Source: Bacteroidota bacterium (GTDB lineage Bacteria; Bacteroidota; Bacteroidia; Flavobacteriales_D; Parvicellaceae). Taken from it: a stretch of 64,000 nt of DNA. Location: assembly GCA_036123135.1 (NCBI GenBank), contig JAZADZ010000102.1, forward strand, positions 7,767-71,766. The letters are read 5' to 3'. This document shows positions 59,639 to 64,000 of the stretch, in pieces. Position 1 is the first letter of the stretch; each line of letters starts with the position of its first letter. The notes below the pieces were generated by a model. It was not told where the DNA came from, did no database searches, and saw only the letters and a list, made by a program, of their open reading frames with translations. The position numbers and the translations under genes are program-made.

Positions 59639-59693
59639 CTACAACACAGTCTAAACCAAATTACTTAACTTGGTTTAGCCAGACCGTTAGTAG
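59639..59693 (+). repeat. attC-type site C: CTACAAC-acagtctaaacc...ggtttagcc-agacc-GTTAGTAG
   Basis: Read directly. Imperfect hairpin with a 3-4 nt bulge (gcc) on the 3' arm. Confidence 0.8.
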
Positions 59694-59713
59694 TAATTTA
59701 AATAACTTTAATT

Positions 59714-60406
59714 ATGAAAAAATTATCCTCAATTATATATATATGTCTAATATTAAGTAGCTATGGACAAAGTAAAAAGGAATTACACGCATCAATTGAA
59801 AGAATGAAAAATGATTCAATATCCATGACTAAAATAATTTCTCAACATGAATCAAGTATAACTCAACACAAATCAACCATAATTAAAAAAGATGAAATTA
59901 TATCAAAACTTAATATTGAAGCTAATTCCATTAAAAAGAAATTAGATGATCTAATTATCTTGAATCAAAATTTAGAAGAAAAAATAAACGATTTTAATAT
60001 TAAATTAATCAACACGAACGATTCATTAAAATATTTAAATGAAATTTTAAAGTCAAATAGTGAATCTATAAACACTAAAGACCTTATGAAATGGAGAATT
60101 ACCTATTTCGAAGGTGTAGTAGATTATTATGATTCATATGATGGTTTAGATGCTTTATATGTTAATCTAAAAAACGGAAACAAAATAACTTTTTACACAT
60201 CAGCTGGTGATGGATTAGAATGGGTAGAAATAAAAGATAAAAATCCCCCATATACATATAATTTAAATGGCTGTTATTTTGAAGGCGGCTGCAGAATTAG
60301 AGGGTACTATGGTAAAGGTTACTATGGTGGGTATGGATCACCATCTGGAAGTGGCGGCATATCTCCAGGAATTGTAAATAGAATTGTTTACGTTGAAAAT
60401 TATTGA
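59714..60406 (+). CDS. Cassette 3: secreted hypothetical protein (signal peptide, about 100-aa coiled-coil-like region, Gly/Tyr-rich C-terminal domain)
   Basis: MKKLSSIIYICLILSSYGQSKK..., heptad-like low-complexity stretch, C-terminus YYGKGYYGGYGSPSGSGG. Confidence 0.5.
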   Translation: MKKLSSIIYICLILSSYGQSKKELHASIERMKNDSISMTKIISQHESSITQHKSTIIKKDEIISKLNIEANSIKKKLDDLIILNQNLEEKINDFNIKLINTNDSLKYLNEILKSNSESINTKDLMKWRITYFEGVVDYYDSYDGLDALYVNLKNGNKITFYTSAGDGLEWVEIKDKNPPYTYNLNGCYFEGGCRIRGYYGKGYYGGYGSPSGSGGISPGIVNRIVYVENY

Positions 60407-60413
60407 CCCAACA

Positions 60414-60468
60414 CTACTAACACAGTCTAAACTAAATTGTATAAAATAGTTTAGCCGCAACGTTATGG
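60414..60468 (+). repeat. attC-type site D: CTACTAAC-acagtctaaact...agtttagcc-gcaac-GTTATGG
   Basis: Read directly. Its arms are nearly identical to those of site C. Confidence 0.8.
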
Positions 60469-60493
60469 TTAATTGTTGTAAAAAATAATAAAT

Positions 60494-61618
60494 ATGAAAA
60501 AACAGAATAATATATTTTTATTGATTCTTTTTATCGCTCTTTTTTCAAGTTGCAACAATGAAGAAAATAATAAAATAATAGAAGAACCCGTAGATGAACA
60601 ATCAAAAATAAATAGAGACCCGGACGATAGAAAGGATTTTGCAAATGTTTACTGGAAAAAACAATACACTTTATTTGATCTAATAACTGATGAACCAATT
60701 TTCCCTGTGAATGTAAATGGGACTCTCATTTATAAAATCTATTATTCAAGCAACGAAGATCCAAACCCATACTACAAAGAGTTTACAGCTGAACAATTAG
60801 AAAATCACCTATTCTATAAATTTAAAAACAAAGAAAATTGTATGATTTTCTGTAATAGAAAAAAGCAAAACGAAAATGGAAAAAAGCCAGATCCTAACAT
60901 AACTTATTCTTTAAAGGAAGCATTGGCAAATGATTTTATTAAAATATCAGCAGATGGTAATGGTACTTACCGTAATATTAAATTAAATTTAGAAAACAAA
61001 TCAGACGCTAGTTGTAAGCTTACACTTCCCGCCGGTTTGTATTTTGAAAACCCAGATGACAAATCACAAAGTCTTATAACCGCAAAAAAAATAGATATAA
61101 TAACGATAGATGACAAACAAAAGTTCAGCCTAGATGTACCTTCATTTTGTACCAATGTAAAGCAAAGTGTGCCCGGATTATTAAAAGATTGGAATCATAA
61201 TCCAAATTATAATGGTGGATTAGATGAGGTTATCGCTTTTTATGGTAAATATGAAAAGGGTATCAACAAATGGTTAGAGAAAAAAAATAAAGAATTTTCA
61301 GATGAAAATAAACGGATGCTATTTTTTCAAACAGTTATTTGGTATCATGAAGGTGCTCAATATCAAGAAATACTAGAAATGTTGAAAAATGATGTTTTCA
61401 AAAATGATATTGAAAAAGCTAAAGTATGGTTAGACAATATTCAGCAAGAAGCTTCTCAATTAGCGCAATTGATTAAAGAACGAGATTCAGAAAAAATTAA
61501 AACCTGGCTTAAAGAAAAAACTTTAGAATTAATCCCAACGTCTGAACAAGTCGATGAAGCAGTTGACAAAGGGAAGAAAACGCTTGATAAGTTTCGAAAC
61601 AGACTAAAGGGGAGATAA
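60494..61618 (+). CDS. Cassette 4: hypothetical lipoprotein (374 aa)
   Basis: Lipobox (LFSSC). No family recognised. Confidence 0.5.
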   Translation: MKKQNNIFLLILFIALFSSCNNEENNKIIEEPVDEQSKINRDPDDRKDFANVYWKKQYTLFDLITDEPIFPVNVNGTLIYKIYYSSNEDPNPYYKEFTAEQLENHLFYKFKNKENCMIFCNRKKQNENGKKPDPNITYSLKEALANDFIKISADGNGTYRNIKLNLENKSDASCKLTLPAGLYFENPDDKSQSLITAKKIDIITIDDKQKFSLDVPSFCTNVKQSVPGLLKDWNHNPNYNGGLDEVIAFYGKYEKGINKWLEKKNKEFSDENKRMLFFQTVIWYHEGAQYQEILEMLKNDVFKNDIEKAKVWLDNIQQEASQLAQLIKERDSEKIKTWLKEKTLELIPTSEQVDEAVDKGKKTLDKFRNRLKGR

Positions 61619-61626
61619 AAACCAGC

Positions 61627-61680
61627 CCATAACAAAAGTTAAACTGCATTAAAACGCAGCTTAGCCAAAACGTTAAAGGC
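61627..61680 (+). repeat. attC-type site E: CCATAAC-aaaagttaaact-gcattaaaacgc-agcttagcc-aaaac-GTTAAAGGC
   Basis: Read directly. Shares the TAAAC / TTAGCC arm cores with sites C and D. Confidence 0.75.
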
Positions 61681-61705
61681 AATTAAAAAGTAGAACGTTT
61701 TAAAT

Positions 61706-62344
61706 ATGAGTAATGAACGACCAACATTCAAAGAATGGGTTGCTGAGAATCCCAGAAAAAGTATCAATGACTATTACAAAATATATGGTACTGAATTTTC
61801 AGATTCAACTGCAAAAGTAAAGACAAAACCAACCCAACAGAGTTATTCAAATGATTTTAATAGTTATTCAGTTGATAGTAAAATGGCTTTCAATTCTTTA
61901 CAGATTATTTGTATGATTTTCTCTGGCATTATGACTGCATCTTATTTTTTACCTTGGCTTGAATATAATGTTATGGGCCAAAATCTTGTTAGTGTTACAG
62001 GTTTTGAAGTGCCAAAGATGATTCAAGATATTGAACAATTTAAAAACATGTTCCGTACTGATAAAACATATAATTCTCCAAATATATTTTATGTGTTGCA
62101 TTTGTTTCCAATTTGTGGTGTAGGAATATTAATTTCAGTTATTTCAAAAACAAATGTTTTCCGTTTTCTTGGAGAGTTAACAATTATCATAATTATGTGT
62201 TGGTTTATACATAAACTAGTGGCACTTCAAACAAATTCAGTTATAAAAATGTCGATATTAGATTTCGCTGGTCTTGGACTGTTTTTTTCTGTCATTTGTT
62301 CAATATATTTTCTTTTTGATTTATTGAAATTAATTACAAAATGA
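61706..62344 (+). CDS. Cassette 5: hypothetical membrane protein (about 4 TM helices)
   Basis: 212-aa ORF with a soluble N-terminal segment of about 60 aa, then hydrophobic helices. Confidence 0.5.
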   Translation: MSNERPTFKEWVAENPRKSINDYYKIYGTEFSDSTAKVKTKPTQQSYSNDFNSYSVDSKMAFNSLQIICMIFSGIMTASYFLPWLEYNVMGQNLVSVTGFEVPKMIQDIEQFKNMFRTDKTYNSPNIFYVLHLFPICGVGILISVISKTNVFRFLGELTIIIIMCWFIHKLVALQTNSVIKMSILDFAGLGLFFSVICSIYFLFDLLKLITK

Positions 62345-62347
62345 ACA

Positions 62348-62458
62348 GCCTACAACAACAAACAAGCGACATTTTTTTTATAATTGAATAGGTTCCGCTG
62401 AGGCTTCACCGGAATAATAAGGTAAAAAAACGCGTGCCTGTTTGCAGGCCGTTAACTT
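62348..62458 (+). repeat. attC-type site F (long, 111 nt): GCCTACAAC ... two internal short hairpins ... GTTAACTT
   Basis: Boxes read directly. Internal stems ttccg/cggaa and gcctg/caggc. The global arm pairing is less obvious than in sites B-E. Confidence 0.55.
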
Positions 62459-62464
62459 AATTAA

Positions 62465-63403
62465 ATGAAAATAAGTTCGATGAAAAAAACAGTTTTATGC
62501 ACTGCAATGGTTTTTTTAATATTCATTGCAAATGCTCAAAGTAAAAAGCAACAAATTGAAAGCCTCACTATTTCAATTGATAGCTTGAACCAATTAATTA
62601 CTAATGAACGTAATAATTTTAATTTTACAATAGATAGCTTAAATAAGCTTCTTAGGTACAGTCAACAAAATTTTGATTTAAAGATTACGAATTCTAATGA
62701 TAAAATTAAAAATCTGATTATAGAACAAAATAAATTAAATTCTATAAATGATTCGATTAATCGTGAGCTTAATATTATAAAAAAAGAAAAACTAATATTA
62801 AATCAAAAATTTTCTATTCTTAGCAAAAATGTTGATTCACTAAAGCAACAAATATTAGAATTTAACAAAAATACATCAATAAACTCATTTCGTAATTCTA
62901 TTAAATTTGAGAACTTTTTATTTTATTTCTTATCTACAGTTTACTCTGAAAAAAATATAGATAGCTTAATTTATGTTTCTTCTCCAATGATTTTGGACTT
63001 GATTGATAATAACATTGGCTTTGGACGGTTTTGGAATATGGGTGCTACTTGTAATTTATTCAATTCCGATGGATTTGGCTATAATTTTTATGAAGATTAC
63101 TTTGGTAAAACAGAGCCCAAAATATTAAATTATGCTTTTTTCAAAAATCAAAAACCAGAAGGTGGACTCTGTGAAGAAGCATCTACTTCAAATGGAATTT
63201 ATTACAGCCAGATCAATAAACTTCCAGAAGATTGGGATATGGAAAAAGATGAATCAATTCCTTCACCACAAAAGTTAAATTATTTAAAAAAATTTATAGT
63301 TCAAATTCAATACGATTCTTGGATAGTAAAAACTTTTTATTTTGTTGAATCAAACAATAAATGGTTTTTACTTTACATTTATGATTGCGATTGCAGTTCC
63401 TAA
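62465..63403 (+). CDS. Cassette 6 ORF a: secreted hypothetical protein (signal peptide, coiled-coil-like N-terminal region, Cys-containing C-terminal domain)
   Basis: ...FIANAQSKKQQIESL... Its architecture parallels the cassette 3 protein. Confidence 0.5.
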   Translation: MKISSMKKTVLCTAMVFLIFIANAQSKKQQIESLTISIDSLNQLITNERNNFNFTIDSLNKLLRYSQQNFDLKITNSNDKIKNLIIEQNKLNSINDSINRELNIIKKEKLILNQKFSILSKNVDSLKQQILEFNKNTSINSFRNSIKFENFLFYFLSTVYSEKNIDSLIYVSSPMILDLIDNNIGFGRFWNMGATCNLFNSDGFGYNFYEDYFGKTEPKILNYAFFKNQKPEGGLCEEASTSNGIYYSQINKLPEDWDMEKDESIPSPQKLNYLKKFIVQIQYDSWIVKTFYFVESNNKWFLLYIYDCDCSS

Positions 63404-63467
63404 AAGGAACAAACGCTCATTATAAATAAATTGAATTAAAACGTAATTTACTTCAAAATATTTAATA

Positions 63468-63995
63468 ATGAATGTATTAGATAAAATGAAAAAAGTAATG
63501 CCAATTATCGGAGTAATCCTTTTTGCTTCATTAATTCTATCAAACTGTGATTCAAACTCAGAAACCAAAGTTGTTGATACTTCTAATTCAATAAATACAT
63601 CTAAAAAATCTACAATCCCTGAACTTTCAAAAGAATTTTTAGGAAATTATCATGGTATTCAGCCCAGTTATTTTATGAAGAACCAATATGGTGACGATAT
63701 GGTAATTGCTGGAAACAAGGTTCCTGTTCCATCAAGTGATTTTAAATTTTTATTGAAAGAAAATAATGTTGTTAGTTTACAACAAACAAATTCAGAGGAT
63801 AACAGCAGATATTATTATAACGGAAATTACAAAATTTTAAGTGATGATTCAGGTTTCATTAAAACTGAGTGTTCACTGAGCGATGGACAAGGATCTTCAC
63901 CTACTTATATTTTAGAAATAAGTAAAACTGATAAAATAGGAAAGTGTATTGGCAAAACAAATGAACCTGAATTTCAAATTTCAAAAATTAAATAA
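63468..63995 (+). CDS. Cassette 6 ORF b (or a separate cassette): hypothetical lipoprotein (175 aa)
   Basis: Lipobox (ILSNC). No family recognised. Confidence 0.5.
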   Translation: MNVLDKMKKVMPIIGVILFASLILSNCDSNSETKVVDTSNSINTSKKSTIPELSKEFLGNYHGIQPSYFMKNQYGDDMVIAGNKVPVPSSDFKFLLKENNVVSLQQTNSEDNSRYYYNGNYKILSDDSGFIKTECSLSDGQGSSPTYILEISKTDKIGKCIGKTNEPEFQISKIK

Positions 63996-64000
63996 AACCG

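Larger units (their letters stand above)
55879..64000 (+). mobile_element. Integron-like platform: tyrosine recombinase, attI-position site and at least six gene cassettes separated by attC-type sites; continues past the right edge
   Basis: See findings. Hairpin sites bounded by ...AAC / GTT... lie after each ORF. The post-G|TT bases of each site complement the AAC box of the next site. Confidence 0.75.

Noticed and set aside
63404-63467. A sixth attC site between the last two ORFs
   Set aside because: It has only vestigial similarity (AAC...aaaacGTA). There is no GTT core, no stem, and no complementarity to the cassette's leading TTAACTT.

Overview
This is an AT-rich chromosomal segment that looks like Bacteroidota, probably a Flavobacteriia-type organism. 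The supporting signs are many lipoproteins, several proteins with T9SS-type C-terminal sorting domains, a fused CcsBA, TamB, BshC, and TAnnTTTG-type -7 boxes. Positions 1-55.8 kb are ordinary core genome. They hold a partial bshC; a DUF4856-like / imelysin-like / HTTM / TonB-receptor operon; a hemerythrin-like gene with an Nramp transporter; and a 1696-aa repeat protein. They also hold HMG-CoA lyase, a C25 peptidase, prfC, a DUF2490-like gene with two CotH-like genes, peroxiredoxin and thioredoxin, a GH10-like hydrolase, a TPR-SpoIIE phosphatase and tRNA-Ser(GCT). The rest of that stretch carries thiolase, ilvE, recQ, tamB, tsaD, a P1B-ATPase, ccsBA, yggS, kdsC, a UbiA-family gene, maf and aroQ. 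The stand-out region is 55.9-64.0 kb. A compact tyrosine recombinase gene is followed on the same strand by at least six short, apparently promoterless ORF units. Each unit ends in an imperfect hairpin site bounded by an ...AAC box and a GTT... box. At four of five junctions the bases after G|TT are the exact reverse complement of the AAC box of the next site; the fifth matches 7/9. That is the boundary signature of integron gene cassettes inserted as circles. The recombinase has IntI-like motifs. By eye it lacks the IntI-specific insertion, and it is co-oriented with the cassettes. The array runs off the right edge of the window. All functional calls come from motif recognition by eye; no database search was possible.
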